The position numbers were made by a program, and so were the translations under genes. Below are positions 19,712 through 30,356 of a stretch of DNA of 64,000 nt, one piece after another (position 1 is the stretch's first letter; each line of letters starts with the position of its first letter). The notes beneath the pieces were generated by a model, which saw only the letters and a list, made by a program, of their open reading frames with translations, did no database searches and was not told the origin of the DNA. Origin of the DNA: a bacterium (GTDB taxonomy: Bacteria > UBA8248 > JACPRG01 > G963555815); the NCBI GenBank assembly GCA_965218795.1, contig OZ244653.1:1856001-1920000 (forward strand), given 5' to 3'.

Positions 19712-22700
19712 ATGGCCATCCTGAGAAACGATATCGAAAGGGCTCTCGATGAACTCACCTCTCAAGAGGAGGGGATGCGTTTTCAGGGGCTGGCGGTAGT
19801 ACTCGGCAAGAAGCGCTGGCCCGAACTCATCGCGCGCCAGCGCAAGAAGGATTTCGGCCTTGATGCTTACGCGCCTGCAAGCCTGACGCCGGAGAAATTC
19901 GGCAAGGGACTCGCCGCCTCGATCACACCAACGCTGCAGAAAGTTTCTCACGACGTAACGGAGGCCAAGAAAAAATTTCCTGATCTAAAAACGCTTCTCT
20001 TCGTGACGCCTGCCAAAGTGGGCAACCTGAAACGAAAACAATGGGAAGAGGCAATTCAGAAGGACCACGATCTCGAACTTCATATCATTGAGCGTGAGGA
20101 AATCATCACGCTGATGCTGATGCCGGAGAACGCATCGCTTTGCGCCAGCTTCCTCTACCTCGAGATCCATGCCGAACCGGAGATCGCAGACCTCATTGAA
20201 AGAACGAGGCGTGCGGCCGCTGTTGTCACGCGGACCTGGGCTGAGAAAACGAAAGGACATCCGCTCATCGATCTCACAGCGGTGCGGCTTGACCCGAATG
20301 GTGCGGAGTCTGCCGACGTGCTGTCGCTTGAGCAGATCGACCGGGCGCTGTCGCAGAGCGGCCGCATCGTTCTCGAAGGGCCCGCCGGGCGTGGAAAAAC
20401 AACGACGCTGATACAGCTCGCGCAGCGTACACGCACCGCCGGCATACCGTTCATAGTCGAACTTTCGGCGTGGACGACGTCGCGCCGGAACATTCTCGAA
20501 TACATTGCCGGCATGCCTGCGTTCCAGGCCGAACGTCTCGCACCAGCCGACCTCGCGTGGGTGCAGCAGACGGAACCATTCCTGTTGTTGTTGAACGGCT
20601 GGAATGAAATTACGGAGTCGAGTTCTGCGCAAGCACACGATGCACTCCGGGAACTCGAGCGGAATTTTCCGAGCGCGGGCATCATCGTCGTTACCCGCAC
20701 GCACCATTTGGCCCCACCGCTGCCCGGCGCATTGCGGCTCCGGTTGTTGCGCCTTCGACGCGTGCAGCGTGCAGCTTACCTGGCAGCCCGCCTTGGCGCG
20801 AAAAGCGTCGAACTCCGTGCCCGCATTGATGCCGACCCGTCGCTCGATGGCCTGACACGCACGCCGTTCATCCTCTCGGAAGTCGCTTCTCTGTTTGAAG
20901 CCGGCGCCGAAATTCCCTCCATGAAGTTCGGCGTTCTCGCCCAAGTTCTACGTCTGCAAGAACAACGAGACGAACACAGAAACTCGCTACAAGCCGCTCC
21001 GATCTTCGGTCAGCAAACGGACTACCTGAAAGCTCTCGCAACTGAGATGACACGCCGCGGTGCAGTGGCAATGTCCGAGGCTGATGCGCGCGCTGTAGTT
21101 GCCACCGTCGCACGAGATCTTTTGGACCGTGGGCAGATCGAGCGGGCGGGAGCGCCGGCGGTCCTCGCGAGCCTCACGGCGCACCACCTTCTTGAGCGCG
21201 TTGAGTATCCGGAAACTGTGTTTCAATTCGAGCATCAGCAGTTTCAGGAGTATTACGCAGCGCTCGACGTCCGCGCGCGGCTTCTCGACCTGCGGGACGA
21301 TGACCACGACACGACCGAGCGCTTCACTGACGACTACGTGAACTATCCGGCATGGGCCGAATCTCTGCGCATGATCGCTGAGACTCTTGCCGAACAGACC
21401 GGCAATGAAGGAACCGACAGGCGAAACATCTGCGCTAGCGTGAAGCTGGTGAATATGGCGCTGGTGGTCGACTTGGTATTCGCCGGTGAGCTTGCGCAGG
21501 TTTGCGGCGCGGCCGTCTGGAATGAAGTTCGCGCCGTGGTGGGCGAGACCTTCCGCGCCGCGTACGCGATCCCCGACGGGAACTATCAGCAGTATGCCAT
21601 CGCCGCTATGCTTACGACTGGCGCGGACGACTTCCGCGACATCATCCTGCCGCTTTTGTCGGGACAAGATCAGCAAACGCGGCTAAGCACGTACCGGATC
21701 TGGCCTGACATCAAGCTCTCGTCTCTTGGATCGAACTGGCGCGAGCAGGTGCGCGGCTGGAGCGATGAGGCGCGAGCGGATTTCGTCTCCGAACTGCTTC
21801 ATCATCGTGTCGATGGCGAGATAGCATCCTTCGCTGTGGTGGACAACAGCGTCGCGGTGAAGAAGGCGGCGGTCTCCGGCCTCATGTGGACCGGGTCTGA
21901 CGACGCGCTGACCCGCGTCCTTGAGTCCATGGATGCGCAGACTTTCGAGGATGTTGCGAGCGAGAATGCCGATCGTATGCCCCTGGCCCTCAGGCCCAAG
22001 GCTATCGCAGCGATGCGGAAGCTTATCGCCAGTACGGCCGACTATTCTGTCCGCCTGCGCACTGCGCTTCATCTGATCGAGCTCGGCGAGCCAGGCCTGG
22101 ACCGCATCGTCAAGGACGCGATGGCGGCATTGCCCGGCGGTGACATGCGCAAACTGAATTCGCACCTCATCCGAACGGCGCTTGAGTATCTGCGTGATAC
22201 CGATCCCGCTTGGACCAGCGAGTGGGTGGTAATCCGGATTGCCGAAGGCATCCTTTACGGGCATGAGGAATGGTTGCCCTTCGCCACCGTTATTCCCGAT
22301 GAATTCGTGGAGACCTACCTGCACCGCCTCGAGACCGAAGACCTCAACAACTCGCGCTTTGAGGGGATGATTGCGGTTATCGCTACGCAGGCGGATGCAA
22401 AGCTTGCGGCGCGGGTGTTTGCGAAGCTGCGCGAGTTGCGGTGCAAGTTGGATGCGGAACCCGACAAGCGGCACGAATTCGAGTGGCAGGTGATGAGGCA
22501 GCTGGAGGCTGTGTTTCGTGGTCTTCCCGGCGACGTCGTCGCGGCCGGCATCCTCTCGTCCGTCATGAGCGGCGACCCCCTCGACATCAAAGTCGCGGCG
22601 AACCTTCTTAGTAGAGTCGCCAGATCCGATCTGGAACCGTTGCGCGTCGCCGACGACGACCTAAAGGGACGCCTCCGCGCATACCTGAAGAGCAGCGTCA

Positions 22701-24220
22701 ATCTTGTGCTCCGCCAGGACGACTTCAACGGCGAGGAGAAAGCCAATCTGGCGTCGTCGATTGCACAGGTCGGAACAGCCGAAGACATGGCGGACTTGGT
22801 GACGCTCATCCGCGCCGACATCGAGAGGATACGCCGAGGCCGGGCCGCACGAGCGGCTGGCGACCGTGGACCTCTCGGCAATGACAGCAGCATGAGCTAC
22901 GCTGGATGGCACATCTCCGCCGTCATGCACCTCGATCCGACCGGAGCCGATCAGGTCCTCATTGACCTGCTTCCCGAGCCGGAATACTCCTCCGACGCTG
23001 CGGCAGCGATGGCGCGAGACTTCGTGTCAAAGCCGGAGCATTCCTTCGATCGGGGGTTCCGGTACGACTTGATATGGGACGCGCGCGAATGCCGCACTCC
23101 CCCGCTTGACGACGACCAGCGGCGCACACGGTTCGTCGCTGCACTCAATGCCGAGATCGATCGCCTGCGAGAGCAGAATCAAGACGGGAAACCCGCCGCC
23201 GGTCTTAAAAAGCTTGCACAGGTACTTGCCGCAATTGACGGCAGCAGTTCGGCGGCAGCGGTGCTCGACGTAATTGCCATGCCTAGTGAATGGGACCAAG
23301 GCACCAGTCTCGACGCCGCTGAGCGCTTATTGATGGCGGGTGTCGTATTGCCCGCGACCACCGCGTTCGCTCTGGTCGATTCCATCCTCAAGCGGACAGA
23401 GAAGTGGATGCAAAATTCAGACAGATACCTTCTGCGCCGCTTACTCGCTCTCTGCCCCTTCGTTGACGACCCTGTGGCAGGGATCGCCAAGATACGCGAG
23501 GTGATCGGCAAGCGCCGGCTCGGGGCATACGAACTGCGCGAGGTCATCACCGCTCTCGGCGAGAGCCGATCGGATGACGCCATCGACCTTCTGTACAAGC
23601 TCACCTCCGATGCGCAGATGTTCGAGCAATGCGAGGACAATTTCATCAACGCCATCGCCGCGCTCGATACGCCGCGCGCACGCGAACTGCTCCTGGGTTT
23701 TGTCGATCCAGACATACGCGCCATCGCACTGTCACGCCGTCCTGACCACGAGGACTTGCTGGTCGCGCGGCTCACGGAACTAGCCCAGCGCAGGCCGGCG
23801 GTGGCAGCGCGGTTGCGGGAATTGTGCGAACGCGAACTGCCAGAAATCAATCGGCACGTCCTCTCGAAAGTCATGGGCTGGTTCGGAACGCCCGAGGCCC
23901 TGACCGCCAATCTGAACCTGATCGATGACGCTAAGCCCTCGTCGGTTCCGCAAGGCGTCTGGGACCAACTCGAAAGCGCTTTCGTCGAGCGACAACCTTA
24001 CGGGCAAAATCCCAACGTCTTTACGGTACACGCACGAGCCTCAAACGAACTGCGCGCCCGGCTGCTCAGAATGGCGCTTGAGGACCGTAAACGTCGAAAA
24101 TCCGCCTTCATTCTTCTAGGACAAATCGAGGTATGGCGCCTTGAGCATGGCAGGCCGACGGACGAACCGCGTCACCCCGATCTCGCATCCGGCCAGTATT
24201 GGCCGCCCAAGGAGTTCTGA
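19712..24220 (+). CDS. STAND/NACHT NTPase with N-terminal restriction-endonuclease-like domain and C-terminal helical repeats (Avs/bNACHT-like)
   Basis: About 1500 aa; Walker A GPAGRGKTT, Walker B-like LLLLNGWNE, IIVVTR, TPFIL, FEHQQFQEYYAA; N-terminal FQGLA...DFGLDAY. Confidence 0.78.
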   Translation: MAILRNDIERALDELTSQEEGMRFQGLAVVLGKKRWPELIARQRKKDFGLDAYAPASLTPEKFGKGLAASITPTLQKVSHDVTEAKKKFPDLKTLLFVTPAKVGNLKRKQWEEAIQKDHDLELHIIEREEIITLMLMPENASLCASFLYLEIHAEPEIADLIERTRRAAAVVTRTWAEKTKGHPLIDLTAVRLDPNGAESADVLSLEQIDRALSQSGRIVLEGPAGRGKTTTLIQLAQRTRTAGIPFIVELSAWTTSRRNILEYIAGMPAFQAERLAPADLAWVQQTEPFLLLLNGWNEITESSSAQAHDALRELERNFPSAGIIVVTRTHHLAPPLPGALRLRLLRLRRVQRAAYLAARLGAKSVELRARIDADPSLDGLTRTPFILSEVASLFEAGAEIPSMKFGVLAQVLRLQEQRDEHRNSLQAAPIFGQQTDYLKALATEMTRRGAVAMSEADARAVVATVARDLLDRGQIERAGAPAVLASLTAHHLLERVEYPETVFQFEHQQFQEYYAALDVRARLLDLRDDDHDTTERFTDDYVNYPAWAESLRMIAETLAEQTGNEGTDRRNICASVKLVNMALVVDLVFAGELAQVCGAAVWNEVRAVVGETFRAAYAIPDGNYQQYAIAAMLTTGADDFRDIILPLLSGQDQQTRLSTYRIWPDIKLSSLGSNWREQVRGWSDEARADFVSELLHHRVDGEIASFAVVDNSVAVKKAAVSGLMWTGSDDALTRVLESMDAQTFEDVASENADRMPLALRPKAIAAMRKLIASTADYSVRLRTALHLIELGEPGLDRIVKDAMAALPGGDMRKLNSHLIRTALEYLRDTDPAWTSEWVVIRIAEGILYGHEEWLPFATVIPDEFVETYLHRLETEDLNNSRFEGMIAVIATQADAKLAARVFAKLRELRCKLDAEPDKRHEFEWQVMRQLEAVFRGLPGDVVAAGILSSVMSGDPLDIKVAANLLSRVARSDLEPLRVADDDLKGRLRAYLKSSVNLVLRQDDFNGEEKANLASSIAQVGTAEDMADLVTLIRADIERIRRGRAARAAGDRGPLGNDSSMSYAGWHISAVMHLDPTGADQVLIDLLPEPEYSSDAAAAMARDFVSKPEHSFDRGFRYDLIWDARECRTPPLDDDQRRTRFVAALNAEIDRLREQNQDGKPAAGLKKLAQVLAAIDGSSSAAAVLDVIAMPSEWDQGTSLDAAERLLMAGVVLPATTAFALVDSILKRTEKWMQNSDRYLLRRLLALCPFVDDPVAGIAKIREVIGKRRLGAYELREVITALGESRSDDAIDLLYKLTSDAQMFEQCEDNFINAIAALDTPRARELLLGFVDPDIRAIALSRRPDHEDLLVARLTELAQRRPAVAARLRELCERELPEINRHVLSKVMGWFGTPEALTANLNLIDDAKPSSVPQGVWDQLESAFVERQPYGQNPNVFTVHARASNELRARLLRMALEDRKRRKSAFILLGQIEVWRLEHGRPTDEPRHPDLASGQYWPPKEF

Positions 24221-24353
24221 CTTTCCTCCTTGGCCCAAAGGGGCAGTTACCCCCCTGTCGTCCATATCGCAGTGCGCAACTTCCTCGTGTTCCGACATCG
24301 CGATCATGTTCACTTATTGCTTGGTGGACACCAAACCGGGGGCCATTCATGGT

Positions 24354-24985
24354 TGACCTGCCCCCTTTAACCGGAGCCATTTGCTGAGTTAGTGTATTTC
24401 GGCATTTGGGTCATTGAGGAGGGGGATCAGCTGCCCAGGAAACGTTTTACGGTCGAGCAGATCATCAATCATCTTCGGGAGGCGGAAGTGCTGCTGGCAC
24501 AGGGCCAGCGGGTTGGCGAGCTCTGTCGTCGGATAGGCATCACGGAGCAGACGTTTTACCGGTGGCGCCGCGAGTATGGCGGCCTGAAGCTGGACCAGGC
24601 GAAGCGTCTGAAGGTGCTAGAGCAGGAGAATGCCCGGCTCAAGCGTGCGGTTGCCGATCTGACGCTGGACAAGTTGATCCTGAAGGAAGCTGTTGAGGGA
24701 AACTGGTAAGCCCCGAGCGTCGCCGACGCTGTGTGTCCTACGTGATGGAACGCTACCCTGTTTCCGAACGTCGGGCCTGCATGGTCCTGGGCCAGTCGCG
24801 CACGAGCCAGCGCTACAGTCCGATCATCGTGGAGGAGGCCGGTCCGTTGGCGGCGGCGATCATCCGCTTGGCTGGTCAGTATGGCCGTTATGGCTATCGC
24901 CGGGTGACGGCGTTGCTTCGAGCAGAAGGTTGGCGCGTGAACCACAAGCGGGTGGAACGGTTCTGGCGGCGGGAGGGGCCCCAGC
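24354..24985 (+). mobile_element. IS3-family element, truncated (IRL, orfA, 5' part of orfB)
   Basis: Starts TGACCTGCCCCC; orfA KRFTVEQII...EQTFYRWRREYGG...EGNW; GGGAAAC slippery site; orfB RYGYRRV...VNHKRVER then lost. Confidence 0.85.
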
Positions 24986-25435
24986 GAGGCATGGCTCGGC
25001 GCCGGCTGTCATGGGATATTGATGGTTCGTGAGGACGCATGGCGGATGAGCCGGGACGGGACGATCCCGGGTAGGTTCGAGAGGGTTTCCGGAGCGTTCC
25101 CATCCCGCCCGGCTCTGGCTGGCGGCCTTCGTGGCCGATGGAAATCATCGAGAGATGGACACCGGCCTTGACGACCATGCCGGCTAGCGCAGGGTGGTCA
25201 ACTCATCAAGGGAAAATATGGGAAACCGTATCTATGACCAGGTGGGTTGCGGAGGTTGAACCCTTCACCGAAACGGAACATCATTGTCGCTCTCACCCGG
25301 GCGCAGGCAAACGAAGTCGTGTACATGATCGATGCGTCGTGTTGCAATAGTGTTGACAATTATTATCTAGAAAATCTATTTCTAAATAAATCCATTATAT
25401 TCAATAGTTTATGTTGAATATAAAGTATTGAATAC

Positions 25436-25663
25436 ATGTTCGAGAAGCACGCGACGAAGGGCCGGCTGGTCTATGTGGCGGGCAAGCTGCAGACCCGTCG
25501 CTGGAAGAAGGACGACGAGGACTCCGACCGGTTCTCGACCGAGATCCTGCTGGTTCCGGGCGGGCGCGTGCAGTTCCTCGACAAGCCCAACGGCAACGGC
25601 GCGCCGGTCGCGGGGGCGGAGACGCCGTCCGCCGAAGCGCCCATGGACGACATCCCGTTCTGA
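25436..25663 (+). pseudogene. ssb: ssb, 5'-truncated
   Basis: Nearly identical to the last 75 aa of 15288-15713; N-terminal part of the OB fold missing. Confidence 0.88.
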
Positions 25664-25857
25664 GCGCGCATTCCGTTTCCTCTCTCTACCCGGGCCGGCG
25701 CTTCGCGCGTCGGCCCTTTTTCTTGCTGCCCGTTCCGAGACAGCGCCCGTTCGGGCCTCGCGCCGGCGCTACGCGCGGCGCTTTGTCCTCCGGCGCCGGC
25801 CGGAGGCGGAGGCCGGCCGGTATCGGGCGTTCCCCGTCCATCCAGAGGAGGCTCGTC

Positions 25858-26780
25858 ATGCCGCCCCCATCGTCCCGTTCCGCATCTCCCGCCGCCGACA
25901 TCGCCGCCGCGCTCGGCGCGCGCGCCGAGGCCGTCTGCCGGCGTTACCTGCCCCAGGGCCGCAAGCAGGGCCGGTACTGGGTCGCCGGCGATCTCGAAGG
26001 CGCTCGCGGGCGCTCGCTCTTCGTCCGCCTGCACGGTCCCGGGGTCCCCGGGAAGTGGACCGACGCGGCCACTGGAGAGCACGGCGACCTGCTCGATCTC
26101 GTCCGGTATCGCTCGGGCGCGCCGAGGCCCGCGCCTTCCTCGCCCTGCCGGCTCCGCCGGCGTCGGGCAAGAGCTACGACGCAACAGAAGCGGCCCGCCG
26201 CCTCTGGCGGCGTTGCCGCGCCATCCACGGCACCCATGCGGAGGCCTATCTCCGCGCCCGCGGGCTCGCGCGCTGCCGGTTCCCGGCATTGCGCTTCCAT
26301 CCCGAGCTTCGCTATCGCGAAGGCTCTTCCCTGCGCCGTTTTCCGGCGCTGGTCGCCGCCGTGACCGGCGACGACGGCGCCATCCACGGCGTGCAGCGCA
26401 CCTGGCTCGATCCGCGCTTGCCCGCCAAGGCGGACGTCGCGGCCCCGCGCAAGGCGCTCGGCCGCATCCACGGACGCGCCGTGCGCTTCGGCAGGCCCGC
26501 CGCCGCCGCTTCGCTGCTCGTCGGCGAAGGCATCGAGACCGTTCTGTCGATCGTCACCGCGGTGCCCGGGGTCATTTCGGCCGCCGCGCTCTCGGCCGGA
26601 AGCCTCGGCGCGTTCGCTCCGCCTGGCGGCGTCGCCGCCCACGTCATCGTCTCCGAATACGGCGACTTCAACGACGACCTCGTTGCACTCGGACCCCGGG
26701 TCCTGTCCCTTCGGCTCGCCGCCCTGTTCCCCGCGCCGCAGCGGGTCGGAGAGAGGGAGGGGAGAGCCGGGGAGGGGTGA
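25858..26780 (+). pseudogene. TOPRIM primase-like protein, frameshifted and internally deleted
   Basis: Same frameshift as copy 1 (near 26120), plus loss of the RDND-containing segment between GGCGTCGC repeats. Confidence 0.8.
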
Positions 26781-26804
26781 ACGGATCCAAAGGAGAAACG
26801 GAGC

Positions 26805-27140
26805 ATGGCGCACATCGTCAATCTCAGGCATGCGCCCGCCCTGCGGGCGGCGCTCGACGGCAAGGCGGAGCACGGCGGGACCGTGCGGATCGACCGCCGC
26901 TTTCAATGGGGAAACCGGTTCCGCATCGGCCCGGACGGACCGCGCGATGAAGTGATCGCGCGCTATCGCGCCGATCTCTGGCGCCGCATTCGCGCCGCCG
27001 AGGTCGGGCTCGACGAACTCGCCGCCCTTCACGGCAAGCCGCTGGCCTGCCGGTGCGCGCCGCTGCCCTGCCATGGGCAGGTCCTCGCCCGCGCCGCGGC
27101 ATGGGCGGCCTCCGTTCTGGCGGAACGGAGGGGAGAGTGA
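26805..27140 (+). CDS. DUF4326 domain protein
   Basis: VRIDRRFQWGNRFRIGPDGPRDEVIARY...LHGKPLACRCAPLPCHGQVL; AAGGAG/GGAG RBS. Confidence 0.85.
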   Translation: MAHIVNLRHAPALRAALDGKAEHGGTVRIDRRFQWGNRFRIGPDGPRDEVIARYRADLWRRIRAAEVGLDELAALHGKPLACRCAPLPCHGQVLARAAAWAASVLAERRGE

Positions 27141-27787
27141 AGCGGGAGAGGGGCGAACGCCGCGAGGAGGGAGAGAGAGGGCCCCGGGCATCGGCAACAC
27201 GGAAGGAGAACCGAAATGCAATCCGTTACCTTGAGGAGCATCGCCCGTACGAGTCCAGGGTCTACCACGATGGCAATCTCGCCTGCGAGGTTGCGGAGCG
27301 ACTCGTCGATACGCGTCCGTTGCGGTGACGGGCCATGCCGTCTTCGGGCGATCCCTTCGGGCCGGGCTCTCCGCTGCAATCTCCGCTTGCCGGCGCCCGA
27401 GACCCGCGTCTCAATTCCGGAACCGCCCAGGGCGTCCACGCCAGTGGCTAACAAACACTACTCCTCCCGACGTGATGGCCCATTGTCCCACACGTGCTCG
27501 CTGCGCCAACCCCTAAGGGGTCCTACTCTCCGCTACGCTCCGTTCCGGCCTTGGCTCGCAAGGCTACGGCGCTGAAGCGCCTAGGCGCGCCGAGAAACGC
27601 GACCGAGGCTCCGCGCTCCCTGCGGTCGCTTGTGCGCCCGCACCACTCGCGCCCCTCGCCGCGCCAGGCCTTGCGGCCACGGTGGCTTTGCTGCGCGCGC
27701 GTGGGCCATTCAACCATCACGTCCGGAGACTCTCTCCGCACAACGAACCGTAACGGTTCTCTACACTCAATCCATAAGGAGAGCATC

Positions 27788-28711
27788 ATGAACGATATCG
27801 ACAACATCCAAGCGCAAGCGCAGTCCGTCACCGCCACCGTCTGCGACCAGGCGGCTCTCTTCGGCGCTACCCCGGAGCAAGACGAATTCGACAACCGGGA
27901 GCTCTGGGACCCGGAGAACGCGATCTCCGCCGTCACGGAAGCCTTCCGCATCATGGCACACGGCGTCGCGCCCGACGGAACGCAACTCGCCGACGAGCGC
28001 GAGAGCCTGCTCTGGGGCTTCGTCAACATGCTCGACGCCCAGACCCAGCGCCTCGACCGCGCGGCCGACAGGCTCGTCCCCGAGATGCGCGACCTCCAGC
28101 GAGAGCAGGACGGCTCCGAGATCCGGTCCCGAGAGCTCGAACTCGTCACCGACCGGACCAAGAACCTCACGGACCGGCGGGACGCCTTCGAGCAGCTCAG
28201 AGATGCAGCGGCCGAGGCCTACCGCGTCGAGACCGGAGATGTCTGGCGGCCCCGGCGCGGGTCCCACACCTCCCAGACCGGCAAGCTCACCTCGGCCATG
28301 ATCGACGCCCGCGACTTCCAGAGAGCCCGCAGGGACCGCGAGAACAAGGCGATCCTGCCCCAGGGAACCCTCGTGGCGGTGGCAGGCGGCAAGCAGGCCG
28401 GCGACGCAGGTACGGTCATCCGGCACCTGGAGAGGCTCAAGGCCAAGTACGACGACGTGGTCCTGGTCCACGGAGGCGGCCCCGGCGTCGAGCGCATCGC
28501 GGCCAAGTGGGCGGATCGCAACGGCGTCCATCAGATCGTCTGCAAGCCCGACTGGGACGCACACGGCAGGGCCGCTCCCTTCCGTAGGAACGACGAGCTG
28601 CTGGACCTGTTGCCCAAGGGCGTCATCGCGTTCCCGGGTTCGGGCATCACGGACAATCTGGTGGACAAGGCGCGCAAGCTCGGTATCCCGGTCCAGTGCG
28701 TTGCCGCCTGA
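27788..28711 (+). CDS. DUF2493 (YspA/SLOG family) domain protein, copy 2
   Basis: Near-identical paralog of 12521-13444; intact frame. Confidence 0.85.
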   Translation: MNDIDNIQAQAQSVTATVCDQAALFGATPEQDEFDNRELWDPENAISAVTEAFRIMAHGVAPDGTQLADERESLLWGFVNMLDAQTQRLDRAADRLVPEMRDLQREQDGSEIRSRELELVTDRTKNLTDRRDAFEQLRDAAAEAYRVETGDVWRPRRGSHTSQTGKLTSAMIDARDFQRARRDRENKAILPQGTLVAVAGGKQAGDAGTVIRHLERLKAKYDDVVLVHGGGPGVERIAAKWADRNGVHQIVCKPDWDAHGRAAPFRRNDELLDLLPKGVIAFPGSGITDNLVDKARKLGIPVQCVAA

Positions 28712-28944
28712 TCCGAACGACCTCGCGGGTCGTGTCGCCACCCGGCGGCGCGGCCCGTTCTTCCTTCCTTCACGTCCCGCTGCACTGTGCACCGCACCGG
28801 TGCGGACCCCACTGCTGACTCCGTCCCGCACTGCTCCATGCACCGTGCTCCGCACGGCCGTCCGCTCAATCGCCGCGGCGGCTCCCCCGCGCGTCCCGCG
28901 CCCGCGGAGATCCCCTCTTCGCTCGTTCCTCGCATTCTGGTCTG

Positions 28945-28994
28945 TCGGACGCCGGTCGGCGCTTTTACTCTCACACCCCACGCATCGCTGATGC
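28945..28994 (-). promoter_or_regulatory. oriT: MOBF-type nic site, copy 2 (predicted nic 28973/28972)
   Basis: Minus strand reads GCATC-AGC-GATGC-GTGGGGTGT^GAGAG: same nic core with a variant hairpin. Confidence 0.72.
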
Positions 28995-29165
28995 ACTTCC
29001 GGCCAGCGTCCGCCATCGCGTGAACTGGCGGAAACGTCCGTAAATACAGGGCCTTCCGGCTCGACCCGTCCCGCCCAGGCGCGCGGCTTCCTTGGATAAA
29101 CGCCGCCGCGGCCGCTTCCTATACTGACCACCGGTCGCGCGGCCCAACTCAGGGAGCCGCGACCC

Positions 29166-30356
29166 ATGACCGACCCAAACAGATCCACCTTCGCGCGCCG
29201 CGTCCGCGCCGCCAGGCCCCGTAACAAGCCCTACGATGTCTGGGACGACGTGATTTCCGGCCTCGCGCTGCGCGTCGGCACGACCGGCTATCGCTCGTTC
29301 TTTCTACGCCGCAGCGTGCGCGGGCACAAACGCTACGCCACCATCGGCAACGCCGACGAGATGACCGTACCCGAGGTCCGGCGGGAGGCCCGCAAGCTGA
29401 TCGCCGCCTTCATCGACACGTTGAAGACGAACGACGGCCCCAGGACGCCCGGCCGACCGATGGACGCCTTCGCCGACGAGTTCCTCGAACGCTACGCCCG
29501 CCACTGGAAGCCCAAAACCCTGGAGTCCAGTGCCCTCTGCATACGCAAGTACATTCTCCCCGCCTTCGGCCACCTCACCGTGGACGCCATCACCGTCGAG
29601 CACGTCAAGGACTGGTTCGCCTCCATGGCCGACCGGCCCGGCATGGCCAACCGCTCCATGCCGGTCCTGTCCGTCATGATGCGCATGGCCGAGCTTTGGG
29701 GCTACCGGCCGCACAACTCCAATCCCTGCAAGAACACGAAGCGATACCGGATGCAGGCCAGGGAACGGTTCCTTACGGCCGAGGAGATGGCCCGGCTCAA
29801 CGCGGTGCTCACCCGCGATGAGTTCTATTGTCCCCAGGTCGTCGCCATCATCCGCCTGCTCATGCTGACCGGCTGCCGCCTGGGCGAGATCGTCTCGCTC
29901 GAATGGGGCTGGATCAAGGGCAAGCGGATCCATCTCCCCGATTCCAAGTCAGGGCCACGTACGGTCTGGCTGTCCAGCGCCGCCCGCGCGGTTATCGACG
30001 CCATACCGCACTACAGCGAAGATTGCCCGTTCCTCTTTCCCGCCCGTCCCCCCACGAGCCACATCGAGAACTTTGCCAACCAATGGCATCGCATCCGCAA
30101 GGAGGCCGGTCTGGAAGGGCTGCGGATTCACGACCTCCGCCACAACTGGGCTTCGGTCGCGGCCATGAACGGCGTGGATATGGTCACCATCGCCAAGCTC
30201 TTGGGCCATGCCCTGGTCGAGACCACGGAGCGTTACGCCCACCTTTCCGACCAGTCGGTATCGGACGCCGCCAACCGGATGTCGAACCGCATTCAGGCCG
30301 CCCTGGCCGGAAGGGGCGCGGAGGGTAAGGGAGGGTCCGATCATGCCCACGGTTGA
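29166..30356 (+). CDS. Tyrosine recombinase/integrase with arm-binding domain (1 of tandem pair)
   Basis: VWDDVISGLALRV N-terminus; TGCR, DSK, HDLRH, LGH...TTERY. Confidence 0.93.
   Translation: MTDPNRSTFARRVRAARPRNKPYDVWDDVISGLALRVGTTGYRSFFLRRSVRGHKRYATIGNADEMTVPEVRREARKLIAAFIDTLKTNDGPRTPGRPMDAFADEFLERYARHWKPKTLESSALCIRKYILPAFGHLTVDAITVEHVKDWFASMADRPGMANRSMPVLSVMMRMAELWGYRPHNSNPCKNTKRYRMQARERFLTAEEMARLNAVLTRDEFYCPQVVAIIRLLMLTGCRLGEIVSLEWGWIKGKRIHLPDSKSGPRTVWLSSAARAVIDAIPHYSEDCPFLFPARPPTSHIENFANQWHRIRKEAGLEGLRIHDLRHNWASVAAMNGVDMVTIAKLLGHALVETTERYAHLSDQSVSDAANRMSNRIQAALAGRGAEGKGGSDHAHG

Larger units (their letters stand above)
25434..28984 (+). repeat. Leading-region module, copy 2 (inverted relative to copy 1)
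   Basis: Begins abruptly inside ssb; similar to the reverse complement of 12249-15517; carries an extra DUF4326 gene. Confidence 0.92.
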
